From Octopus bimaculoides (Eukaryota), in NCBI RefSeq assembly GCF_001194135.2, contig NC_068981.1:78216045-78280044 (forward strand): 64,000 bases of DNA, read 5' to 3'. The notes beneath the pieces are model-generated. The model searched no databases and was not told where the DNA came from. It worked only from the letters and a program-made list of their open reading frames with translations. The translations under genes and the position numbers were made by a program. This document shows positions 49,546 through 62,123 of this stretch, piece after piece (within the stretch, counting starts at the first letter, position 1; the number at the start of each line of letters is the position of its first letter).

Positions 49546-51059
49546 TTAATTGCATCTCACAACATTTCTGTTGAAATATATTAGCAGCTACTATTTCTAA
49601 TTCCATATTAAAATGTTCTGTTTGGAAGAAAAGAAGCTGAGACTTAATTATAATTGTCATGCTCTCAGTAGCATACAAAGAGTAATAAAACCGAGGGTGG
49701 TCTAAATATTAAACTATTAATTTAAACATTTAAAAAATATATAATACCATAATGTTTTTAAATTAAAGAATTCTATGTGTGAGACATGTATTTCTATGAA
49801 GAAATATGATCACTTACTTTCTAGAAACCTCAGGAGTCTGTTAATATCTCATAAGCCTTTCACCAAAGACAAAAGATCTATTAGTACTAGGCTGTTGAAC
49901 TTCTACAGAATACAGGTGTTCTGGGCAGACTCTGCTTAATGGTTAACCACCATGTAACCTGCTCATTTCAGATTTTAAACTTAATGATATCACATTCCAA
50001 TTATTCAGAAATATTTGATGTTTTGTTATGGAATAAGTGGTTGTAGGTGTCTATAATCTAAACAATTAGGGGAATGTTATTTTAATTAAGCAAATTATGC
50101 AAAAGACAAAACTAAGTAAAACTAAATAAAAAAGTAAAACAATAGAATACTAGAATGATGAAATTGTGTTTTCATCATACAACAAAAAAAAATTGTCTCC
50201 TAAATTAGACCAAAATTTCACAAAATTTCACTACAACAAACAAATATTTTAAAATCTATATTAAGCAGTATTAATTAAGGATATTGCGAAAAATATTGTT
50301 ATAAATTGAATTAATCAAATTAGGTCACCTACAATCCAACATTTCACACGTGTTTCTTTAAACAACAATCATATTTTCTTTCCAAACTGTTGAAGCCAAT
50401 TTTGTATTTCAAATCAGAAATGTCTATTTGAAGTTGTGATTATATTTTTTTGGTATTTCATTAGCAGAATCATAGGAGGAAAAACATTTTGTGGTATTGC
50501 TTAAAGATCTTTACATACTTGTTTCAAATCATGCCAAGGTCAACTTTGCCTTACTTCCTTTCAAGCTTGATAAAGTATCAGTCAAGTATTGTGGTTGATG
50601 GCTTCATTAACGCCCTCCCTTTTAAGAAAAAGGTCCTGGCCTTGTTGGCCCTAAAGGCATGTCGTTTATGTCTGTGCCCCTGCACTCAACTTGTCCCTGT
50701 CCCCTCAACTCATTTTCCTTACACTCCACCTCCTTCTACCCTTGTTCACCACTCACTGATTTTCCTCTGTATCTCCCATTTTCATTTCACACTGTCACAA
50801 AATTACCTACTCATTTACCCTATCCAATCCTCTGTACCACTTCACTTATATTCACTTCCCTGTCACTTGAGGGTATGCCCTGACACATCTTCACCACTAT
50901 TCTCTCTCTTTCTATCTCTCTCTCAGTTGGGGAAGCCATGTATCTCTTCTACAGCAAGACACCTGGTTCTTTCTCTCAGTTATACTTTAACCTCTCATAA
51001 CCTGACACAAAGCTACAGTACTACTCAATACTACTTCCTAACTGAGTTGAAGAGTCTTG

Positions 51060-51272
51060 CAAGTTACTTGTGAACTTCACTGGTGCTGGTGTCATGTACA
51101 AAGTGCTCAGTATATTTTTTGAGGTGGGTAGCATTAGGAAAGGCATCCAACCATAGAAACTATGCCAATGCAGACATTAGAGTTTGGTATGATCCTCTAA
51201 TTTGCCAGCCCTTGTCCAACCCATGCAAACACTGGAAAAATAGTCATTAAATGAAAATGATGATGATGATGA
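51060..51272 (+). mobile_element. RTE-LINE 3' tail fragment followed by a long TA/CA array
   Basis: GGTGCTGGTGTCATGTACAAAGTGC...TTAGGAAAGGCATCCAACCATAGAAAC...GTCCAACCCATGCAAAC...GATGATGATGATGAT. Confidence 0.7.
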
Positions 51273-51381
51273 TATATGTATATATATATATATGTGTGTG
51301 TGTGTATACACATATATACATGCAAACATGTATATATACATATATAAACATATATATATATACCCACACATATATATACAC

Positions 51382-51463
<82 letters not shown>

Positions 51464-51624
51464 TGCATATATGTATATATATATATATACACATGCATAT
51501 ATGTATATATATATATACACATGCATATATATATATATACATATACACATAGATGTATATATATACTCACATACATATATACATACACATATATACATAC
51601 AAACATATATATATATATATATTT

Positions 51625-51676
<52 letters not shown>

Positions 51677-51716
51677 ATATATATATATGTGTGTATATAT
51701 ATATATGTGTGTATAT

Positions 51717-51981
51717 NNNNNNNNNNNNNNNNNNNNNNNNNNNNNNNNNNNNNNNNNNNNNNNNNNNNNNNNNNNNNNNNNNNNNNNNNNNNNNNNNNNN
51801 NNNNNNNNNNNNNNNNNNNNNNNNNNNNNNNNNNNNNNNNNNNNNNNNNNNNNNNNNNNNNNNNNNNNNNNNNNNNNNNNNNNNNNNNNNNNNNNNNNNN
51901 NNNNNNNNNNNNNNNNNNNNNNNNNNNNNNNNNNNNNNNNNNNNNNNNNNNNNNNNNNNNNNNNNNNNNNNNNNNNNNNNN
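51717..51981. other. Assembly gap (N run; right edge approximate)
   Basis: Ns within a TA/TG minisatellite. Confidence 0.97.
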
Positions 51982-52048
51982 NTATATATATATATATGTG
52001 TATATATATATATATATGTGTATATATATATATATATGTGTGTATATA

Positions 52049-52092
<44 letters not shown>

Positions 52093-52689
52093 ATAGTTTC
52101 AGCTTAGAGCTGCGGCCATGCAGCTCTAAGTGTGTATATATATATACACACTCACACGCATACACATATTCATCTATGAATATATGTATATGCATGCTCA
52201 CTCATACACATATTAACATTAAAATGTATGATTGCATCTTCAAGTCAATTATTAATGTAGTTAATTTACAGCTTTTTATTGATTTAGCATTTCCTTATTT
52301 CTATTTATCTAGTACCAAGTAGAATAAGTTTTATCAGTTGAAAACCTGTTCAAGAAAAAGTTGTACCTGATAAGCCTTCATTTACCACAACAGGCTTACT
52401 GTTGATTTAGATGATCTTTCTTTATTCTTCTATCTCTGCTCTAATAAATTCTACTCTTATGAACTTACTGACCTTATTATTTTCCTTTTTAAACCACTAT
52501 CTACATCTTTTCATATCCTCTCACTCTGTTGCATCTCTTGGCCTCTTTGCGCAATTCTTTCAACAAGAGCCTTTTTCTAGAATTGCTTTTCTACCCATGT
52601 TTTCCTTTCTTTGTAACTATGTCTATTATTCTACAACAATCCATGCTGAACCTGCACAACATTAAAAAAAAAAAAGAGGATAAAACTCC

Positions 52690-52918
52690 TTTTTGAGTCA
52701 TAGAAACTCATGGGGTTGGTTTCCCAGATTTTGTGGCATATATACTCTCCCCTAGATGGGGACATTAAACTGTCACAGGATTATTTATTTTTGTCTGCTG
52801 GGTGAACTGGAGCGACATAAAATGAATTGTTTTGCTCAGTGCATCACCTGGTTCAAGAATCAAAACCAGTCTTTTGATGAGTCCAAAACCCTAACCACTA
52901 AACAACATGCCCCCACAT
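52690..52918 (-). mobile_element. tRNA-derived SINE (head H1), degenerate
   Basis: GTGAACTGGAGCGACATAAAATGAATTGTTTTGCTCAG...AAGAATCAAAACC...CCCTAACCACTAAACAACATGCCCCCAC. Confidence 0.7.
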
Positions 52919-52994
52919 GAACTATACTATCTTCACTTATTCTTATCCTTGAGTATAGCAGGGATTACCAGAGTCTTGGTTACTTTTCTTTCTC

Positions 52995-53430
52995 TCTCTC
53001 TTTTACTTGTTTCAGTCATTTGACTGTGGCCATGCTGGAGCACAGCCTTTAGTCAAGAAAATCGACCCCAGGACTTATTCTTTGTAAGCCCAGTACTTAT
53101 TCTATCGGTCTCTTTTTGCCAAACTGCTAAGCTACGGGGGACGTAAACACGCCAGCATCGGTTGTCAAGCGATGGTGGGGGGTTACAAACACAGACACAC
53201 AAACATATATACGACAGGCTTCTTTCAATTTCCGTCTAGCAAATCCACTCACAAGGCTTTGGTCGGCCCGAGGTTATAGTAGAAGACACTTGCCCAANNN
53301 NNNNNNNAGGCTTTGGTCGGCCCGAGGTTATAGTAGAAGACACTTGCCCAAGATGCCACGCAGTGGGACTGAACCCGGAACCATGTGGTTGATAAGCAGG
53401 CTACTTACCACACAGCCACTCCTGCGCCTC
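52995..53430 (-). mobile_element. Composite SINE (H2 head plus CTGGAGCAC-type tail) spanning a 10-N gap
   Basis: Near-identical to 20803-21160; complete head ...CTACTTACCACACAGCCACTCCTGCGCC. Confidence 0.88.
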
Positions 53431-55849
53431 TCTCTACTGATTTTTTTGTAAGAAATATAAAAAGAATGAGCTTCATAAAACATTTTAAAGCATGCGCACA
53501 TAGAGCAGTTGCTTGAGAACCCCTCAGGTCTAAGGAGCCCATTACTAATCCATGTATACTGTAGTTGCATATGCAGGGACCTCACTGCATTGCTTTGTCC
53601 AGAGTCCCTTGATACTACTGAATTTATACCCTTCCCTTCCGTTAGATTCCACTTTATCTTTCTGTATCTACCTAGCTGCTGGGGCGGGGAGATGCCTCTA
53701 ACTCATCCTATATAATCAATGAATGGTTTCTTGTACAAAGGGCATCACTCAGAAAACACCTTTTTTCAATACAACTAGTGACACCTGTATCAATATATAG
53801 GTGTCTGAATTTGCATACAAGCTTCACTAATATGAAAGAGGGTGGGTGGAGGAGGCATGTAAAACTGTATGTTGTCTGTATTTTGATGGTTTGCCATTCC
53901 TCTTCTCTAACTCTTTTAATGATCACTTTTCAACTTATCAATATGTTTTAGTTGAAAACCTTTGTACATCACGCACTCACCTATATAATTGATGCTTACA
54001 AACAAGAATTTTTGCAACAAACCATTTCTCTTAAATTATTACAGATTGGCAGCTAATGGAATGGGGAATGATTCACTTGTGATGTGTTTTGTTATTGTAT
54101 TTTGTTATCTTGTTTCTTTGTTGGTTACTGTTTGTTTTTACCTTCCCTATACTAATTTTATTGCTAGCAGATATACACAGAAGCATGTAATCTTACATTT
54201 AAATTGAATAGCAAATACTACAAACCCAGTTATTACTGTTGGTGGTGCTAGAGCTGTTGTTATTATTACCGTTTCTCTTAAGATATTAGTTCATTTGATT
54301 CCTACCTGGTTTCCTTATTGTTCATTCATTCATATTCTTCCTTCCTGATTTACATTTATGTTTGTTTGTGAAATTTAATGATGTTTGTCACTTTACATTA
54401 TTCCTCACTACATTTGTTGACGTCTAGTTGACTACGCATCGAGTATGTCTCCAATTAGTAGCTCTCAGGCCAACTCTCTCAACTACTAATGTTTCATTTT
54501 ACTTTCCCTTGATGTTCTATATACATGTTGTGATTTCCCCTTTCTCTCTTCCTGTAGACAGGAATTGAATCTACTGAAATGATTATTGTTGGATCATATG
54601 ATTAGGAACTATACTCTCTTATCACCTACCTACCTACCACTTGCTCAAGTTTGTGCTATGATTATGCAGAAGAAAATTACATACTATTATGTTTAACACT
54701 AGTGTTTTGAGGTGATTTTTGGACAGTTAATCTACCATTTACAAATCCAACTTCTAATTATGGTCAATTTATGTTAGTCTACATGTGAAATGCATTTAAA
54801 TTGGGTTTTTTTCTCCACGTGTGAACAACTACTGGCTCGAATTTCTGTTTATCAATAGTTACATCTGAAAAATCTGTATGTGTAACAAAACATTTCATTT
54901 CTAAGAAAAGCATTATTCAAATCTTCTGCAATATCTTTATAGATCTAGAATGGTCCACTGCTTTAAGTTAGCTGAAGCTGTAAGGATTTACCTGCCATTG
55001 CTCTGCATTCAATGCAATTTTTTTCTTTTCTTTTCTTTCTTTTTTGTTTTGTTTTTAGTTATCTTCATTTTCTGTCTGTTTTTCTATGCTAGCATTGATT
55101 AGATAGTTCTGTATTCTTGGAGCAGGTGTTTTATTTCTCCATTCTTTCCACTATATTAATACATTCTGTTAAGATGTAGCGATACTGTTTTACTGCAAGC
55201 TACAGTGAAGTATACACAGTTGGGCAATGTACTTCAGGGCAGGTCACACACATATCCTGTTGAAGATAAATAAAATTTTTGCTATAAACTATTGAATATA
55301 TATATATTCCTCACTATTAATTCCATATTGATATTTTAAAGAAAGCATTCTTTTTTGCTTTCTTTCTAATCGTTGAATAGAATTTGGAGAAATCTAAGAA
55401 GTGAAGATCAGCATTCTTCGGCTTCTTTATTGTGCTTTCTACATGATAAAAGTAATTCTAGTTCACTAATTTTAATTACTTCTTTGTTGTCTTTCTTCCC
55501 TTTCAGCAATTGTTGGAATCAACAGTAACACTCACTTCTCCATCATTAAAGACTTATCATTTTTACTGTTTGGCCATAGGTCACCTCTAATTGTTTAGAC
55601 CTATGATGAAAGGTGCTCCAGCTGTGAACACCCCACTTTTCTTTTACCTTTTTGTATTCAAGAGACGACATTGTCCAAATGTTTCTTTCTTTAAATTCGT
55701 TATTTACAATGGTCGGATTTGGATTGAAGGAGAATTGGCTACTATTCTTAACAGATAGAGTAACTGTGTTGAAGAATATTTTATAATGTTTATAAAACCA
55801 GGGTATATCATATACTCATTCCAAGACATCAGAACTGTGATACATCCCC

Positions 55850-55881
<32 letters not shown>

Positions 55882-56963
55882 ATATATATATTACTCCCCC
55901 CTCTCTCTCCTTCATTGCTTGAGAGAAGGAGGAGGTTTGTTATAGCTGGTGTAAGGAAGTATTACCTTGCTTGGAAACATGTAAGGGTTAGTGAAAGAAA
56001 GACTTCCACCCTTAGAAAATCTGCCTCACCAAATTTTATCTGACACATGCAAGCATGGAAAAATAGACATTAAAATGGTGGACAACAATAACCCTACATT
56101 TCTTTACCTATATTTCTATGAAGTGATAGAAACTGAACTCATTCCTTACACAATATATATAACCACTACCTTTTAAAATCCTCAAAACCTAAGTAGTTCT
56201 ATTGTTTGACTATTATATATATAGTATGTTCACCAAAATATTTTTTGGAGTATTCTTCAAACTATTTTATCAGTGAGACACACATTAGGATAACATTTCA
56301 GAAAGAAAATTACTCAATGCATGCTATTGACAAGAAATTAATTTGAAGAAACATCAAATATTTGCTATATGAAGCATCAAAATAATACTTCATTGATATT
56401 CTCTGTCCAACTTTGTCAACATGTTCAGCATTGACCTCGCACGTTACCATGTTACCAAGAATGCTGATTGTAGTGAAACCCAGCGCTTCAGTGAATTCAC
56501 TAAGTGAATGCATGGAACTGAAAATGATTAAACACTGGTGAGAATGTGTGGGTTTGATGATGATATTAATAAAGGAATATCTGACCTAAACTGTTGGGCT
56601 TGTAATCTTTGATATTCGTGTCAGCTAACAAGAATGATATAGATATATGTTGAAAATCTGAAACATGCTCACTGCATGAAATCTGGTTTTAACTAACAAA
56701 TATTGTTTTAAGCCTTTATTTGTAGTTTTTCACATTGATATATTTCTATTCAGTTTTATTTCACACACTTCACAAACTATTTACTTGTAAAATTTGTTAC
56801 TTCCAACTTAATGTTTCAATTTGCTTTTAACTTGAGGTGTTGGCACATTCTTTCAAATGGATCACTTGTTTAGTTTATGATTTCATTCAGGATTTGATTT
56901 CAGAAAACTGCATCATCTAGATACCCATTAAACCATCTCTATTACTCCCACATTCACACCCAC

Positions 56964-57058
<95 letters not shown>

Positions 57059-57129
57059 GTATACATAAGGATTAGTGACAGAAAGGACTTTCACCCTTAG
57101 AAAATCTGCATTTCCTTTTCTTTGGTTGT

Positions 57130-57336
57130 GTTGGTCAAATGGAATTCATTTAATGCAGATTTTCTATGGCTAGATGCCTTTTTCATCACCAACACCCACC
57201 TGTTTCCAAGCAAAGTAATATTTCCCCATGGCCAGGCATGTTCTCACAAAATATAGGAAATGAATGACACTGCTCATATCATATAGCAGCAATACTCATT
57301 CTTAATTATCATGCTATGTCAAGATATACATGCATG

Positions 57337-57372
<36 letters not shown>

Positions 57373-57650
57373 ATCACTTAGTAGTTCATATGTCCAAATA
57401 GAAGCACATTCTAAAACTTTGGAGCAGTAATAATTAATATAGTGTTGGTTATAACTGGTCAGCGAGGTACCATTGGGTTCACTCCTATAAAGTTCCTAGT
57501 GATATAGGCAACCCATCAGACATGACAGGCTTCATTCAGTTTTTGTCTACCAAATCCCCTCACAAGACTTTGGTCATCCCAGTGCCATGCAGTAGGGCTG
57601 AACCAGGAACCATATGGCCAGGGAAGCAAACTTCTTACCATACAACCACA
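57130..57650 (-). mobile_element. Composite SINE (H2 head plus RTE-type tail), degenerate
   Basis: GCAGATTTTCTATGGCTAGATGCC...CACCTGTTTCCAAGCAAAGTAATATTTCCCC, (CA)n, ...CTACCAAATCCCCTCACAAGACTTTGGTC...GAACCAGGAACCATATGG. Confidence 0.6.
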
Positions 57651-57779
57651 AAAATTATTCAAAAGATGTTTTGAAGAAATAGTTGATAAGCATCTTAATA
57701 AGAGAGATTAACTTTCCTGTTAAGTGTCCATACAGGATAAACTTCGTGTTCCTTGTGTCTAGCTTTAATGACATGATTT

Positions 57780-58092
57780 TCAAATCGACCCCCAGGACTT
57801 CTTTGTAAGCCTAGGTCTTATTCTATCGGTCTCTTTTGCCAAACTGTTAAGTTGCAGGGACATAAACACTCTAGCATCGGATGTCAAGCGATTTTTTTTG
57901 GGGGGGGGGGCAAACACACACATATATATATATATATGATGGGCTTCTTTCAGTTTCTCTCTACCAAATCCACTCCCAAGGCTGTGGTCGACTTGAGGCT
58001 ATAGTAGAAGACACTTACCCAAGGTGGCAGTGGGACTGAACCCAGAACCATGTGTTTGGTAAGCAAGGTACTTACCACACAGCCACTCCTGC
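57780..58092 (-). mobile_element. Composite SINE (H2 head plus truncated CTGGAGCAC-type tail)
   Basis: AAATCGACCCCCAGGACTT...ATCGGTCTCTTTTGCC...GGGACTGAACCCAGAACCATGTG...TACTTACCACACAGCCACTCCTGC. Confidence 0.8.
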
Positions 58093-58689
58093 ACTCTATG
58101 GTCAAACATTTTTATCCAGCCATAATTGTAAAGACTATTTATTTTAATTTTTCTAGAGAGAAGATTATCAAATAGCTTATAGCTTAGTTCATGAAAGAGT
58201 AAAAATGATGTCTAGCTCATCTTTTATTTCAGTTTTGACCTTACACAACTAAATCCAGTAGTTCTTTAAGATATGAAAATATTCCTAAAGTTAAATACCA
58301 ACTTACATTTCAGCAAGTTAATGCTCATCTCCTATGACAGTAAACAACTGTCAACCTAGATATGAATGTTATCAGACTTTTCTATTGAACACTGTCACTT
58401 TCCCTATTCCAGCCCTTCTTGATTTGTTGGAGATAATTGCAAGAGAATAGCTGACATTAAACACTTTATGTGTGTGGTCAATGCATGAAATTTGTTCACA
58501 TTGTTAGAGTGATAATTTTTCATCAGAAATTTGATGTGGTATTTTTCTAGTTTTAAATTTCAAAACAGTCTGTCCTCTCCACAGATACAAAACTGTGAAC
58601 ACGTTAATCTTCATGAGCGAAGTAGAAGCAATGATAATCATTGCAGCATACACAGACCTTATCTCTGTATCACATCAAGACAAAGTTTG

Positions 58690-58717
58690 GTTCTATTCTC
58701 CCCTCTCTCTCTCTCTC

Positions 58718-58749
<32 letters not shown>

Positions 58750-58870
58750 CTCTNNNNNNNNNNNNNNNNNNNNNNNNNNNNNNNCTCCTCTCTCTCTCCT
58801 CTCTCTCTCCTCTCTCTCTCTCTCTCTTTCTCTCCTCTCTCTCTCTCTCCCCCTCTCTCTCTTTCCACAC
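58690..58870. repeat. (CT)n-rich tract containing a 31-N gap (58754-58784)
   Basis: Direct inspection. Confidence 0.95.
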
Positions 58871-60744
58871 ACACATACAAACACATACAAAGTTTTGTAT
58901 GTATATGTCTATGTATTTTTGTGTGAATATATGTGTGTGTGTGTAAATGTGCGTGTGTGAATATATATGTATAAACACACACATACATACACCTATCAGT
59001 GTATTTGTGTCGCAGCTTTACAAGTTATATGCGTAAAAGGTGTATAAATGTATTCTAGAGAGAGTTATTAAGAACACATTCATGTCATCAAAACACATTT
59101 AAAATATAAATTCAGATATATGTGACATATCACAGATATGGAATTACTAATTTAACCGGATTTAATTTCATTTATATCTATGGTTATCTTTCAAGTAGAA
59201 CATTATAACTCGTAGATACTATCTCCACCCATTTAATGAACTGCATCATTAAGAATAATCTCTGGCATAAAATATTTAACTGGTGGCTAATTAATATCCA
59301 CAAATGGTACTGTTTTAAATTAATGAGATAAAAATTTGATTTTTTAAAAATAATTTGAAACTGTAAATTTGATAATTTATAAATATTTAAATAAATTATA
59401 AGTTATTAAATTATAAGGTATAGTTGGTAAGAATACAGATTCTCAGTGGTTAGTTCTAGATATGTTTGAAAACTACCAAAAATGTTTTTCTGGTATGTCA
59501 GCATTGCACCTTATATGTCTGTATAGCTGTAAAAGTTAGAAGCAGTCACACTTCTTGTACTAAACTGGAAGAGCTTCCAGTTATAAAATACATGTTATGA
59601 ATGATAGCAAATCAAATAAACTATATTAGAACTGAAAAACCAATACAGTTGGAAAAAAAATCAGATATAGAAGTTGGAAAGAGATAGTGAAAAGTGACTT
59701 TTCAAAAAATTTAAAATTGCATGCAAAATAATGCTCCTTGACTTATTTTCAGTTGTGAGTGGTTTTATAATTAGAATTTGAAAACAAAAAAGAGGAAGAA
59801 ATACTTCTGTTTCAATCTTCAAGACATTATTTTGCAGTCAGATAATAAATTTAGGAAATTAGTTCAAGTTAATATAATGAAACATATTCTATAAATAAGA
59901 ATCGAACAACAAATAAAGAAGATGAGTTTTGAAGTATAACGTTTTCACACAGGGCAAAATAAGTGGCTCCTTGATTCTGTATCAATATAATTAAAGCAAT
60001 TTCGTTTTATATTTATTCTATTTTGATAGTTTTTGTTTGTTTTTTCTCCCTTTTACAACATTAAAATTAATTTTAAATGAAGAGCTTATTTTCAACAAGC
60101 AAAGGCATTCATATGATATGCATGATTTCCTTGTAGATGTGAGCTTTGAGTTAGGGTTGTTGTTATTATTATTATTAATAATAATTAATAAAGTTACATA
60201 AAACTTTTAAAGTTCCATCATCTTAGAATGATTTGACTTAATGCATCCCTTAACTTTTATTCTTCCTGACATTTTGTAAATTGCTATCAATAAAATTTTT
60301 GATGCAACAATTGAAAACTCTGATTCTATTAGATGTGTGGAATTTAAGAGTATTTTAATTTTCTTCAATCATCCTGAAATTCTGAAAGAATTCTACCTAA
60401 TACTCCTGTCTTTGTTGATTTCCACAATCAAAGCTGGTAGTGTTACCAAAAACAACCTCCTCAACAGTAAACTATGAATGAGAAATCTATTTTAAACTAG
60501 ATACATCTCTTATATGAAGTGCCTCTATCTGCAACAGTGAGTTCACCAGCTGAACAAAGCATCATTGTTAATTGGGCCTGAAATGCTAACCCTATGACTA
60601 ACTCTTGTTTTTAATGACAGCAAACCATACACACACATATTTGTGTGTACATACATATACATAAAACACACACACACTCAGAGCACACACACACGCACAT
60701 ATATTTATTTGAGATCTTAAAACCAAGTGCTACATAAAAAACAT

Positions 60745-60950
60745 TCATGTGGGTACTGGTGCAATGTAAAAAGCATCCAGTACACTCTGTAAAATGGTTG
60801 GCATTCGGAAGGGCATCCAGCCTTAGAAACTAAACCAAAATAGACTATGGAAACTGATGTGACCCCAGGCCTTGCCAGTTCCTGTCCAGCCATTCAGCTC
60901 ATGCCAGTATGGAAAATGGACATTAAATGTTATTGATTATGTTGATGATG
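60745..60950 (+). mobile_element. RTE-LINE 3' tail fragment
   Basis: GGTACTGGTGCAATGTAAAAAGCATCCAGTACACTCTG...GGAAGGGCATCCAGCC...CATGCCAGTATGGAAAATGGACATTAAATG. Confidence 0.7.
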
Positions 60951-60999
60951 TGTGTGTGCATGCATGCATGCATGTGTGTGTGACATAAATGCATGAAAA

Positions 61000-61342
61000 T
61001 TGTGCTGAAAGTAATGCAAGAAAGGAGATAACTTTATTATTAATTGATGTAGGTCATTCAAATTGCACATGTTGGTAGATTAGTTTTTCTTTTATACAAA
61101 GGTACAAACCAGCGTAGTCTCCATCACAAACTATGCATTCATGCCACTATTGAACCCAAACTCTCGAATCCACTTTGAAAATTTCAGGTATACACTGCTG
61201 TACTTACTTCTCAGCTACTTTCATCTATGCCATCAACTTATTGTCTCTGAAGACTGTTTTTCATTGTTCTGATCAGGTGAAAGTTAAAAGGCACCAGATC
61301 CAGGCTGTACACTGAATGGTGGACCACAAACCAGCCCAATTT
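61000..61342 (-). mobile_element. Mariner transposase C-terminal remnant
   Basis: Minus strand KLGWFVVHHSVYSLDLVPFNFHLIRTMKK (cf. the mariner motif LGWEVLPHPPYSPDLAPSDFHLF) and VQ*WHECIVCDGDY (cf. RWxKCIxxxGxY); TIR-like GAAAGTAATGCA near 61007. Confidence 0.75.
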
Positions 61343-62063
61343 ACCAATTACCTGATTTGTTGCCAAAGATGCTTCCATATATGGCCTACTAAAATTTGAG
61401 ACGGAAACTTTATTAAAAATACATTTTGCATAATTCTAACATTATCTGATATATAACTCTACATGTTGGATAAAGTGAATAGATATGTTTATAATATATT
61501 GAAAGTTGACAGTCTACTCGCAGGTTGGGCTGTAAAGAGATTAATTTTAGGAAAAGCATCTAGCTGTAAAAATCATTTGAAAGCAGATATTGGGGTACAA
61601 TAAAGTCCTTAGACATATAGAATCCTGTCAAACCAGCCAACCCATGCCAGCATGGAATATGGGCATTAAGTGATGGTAATGAAAATATATGTGTGTATCT
61701 ATCTATATATATGTGTGTGTGTGTGTGTGTATATGTTCAGTTTTTTTTTCTACCTAAACCATTCAAAAAACTTTGGTCAGTCTAGTATTATGTCAGAAAA
61801 AACCCAAAGTACCATATTGTGGGAGTGAACCTGAAACCATGTTGTGGGGAAGAGCACCACTCAACTACAGAGCTATGCCTGAACTTGTTGCCACCTTTAC
61901 ACACTCACACACAGAGTTTAAAGTGAATTCTTTTTTCCTTACCCAAATTTGAAACTTGAAGATAACAGTGGAGTGAACCCCAAGTCACAAGAAGAAAATT
62001 CAGTTTAAATACTCTACACTATGTTTTGAGTATACTCTTCATTGTTCATTTACAGTCTGTAAC

Positions 62064-62123
<60 letters not shown>

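Noticed and set aside
53254-53351. Exact 44-bp direct duplication inside a SINE
   Set aside because: The two copies flank a 10-N gap (53298-53307); typical unmerged contig overlap, so an assembly artefact.
59458-59470. AGATATGTTTGA matches the 5' 12 nt of miR-190
   Set aside because: The match stops at 12 nt and there is no supporting hairpin.
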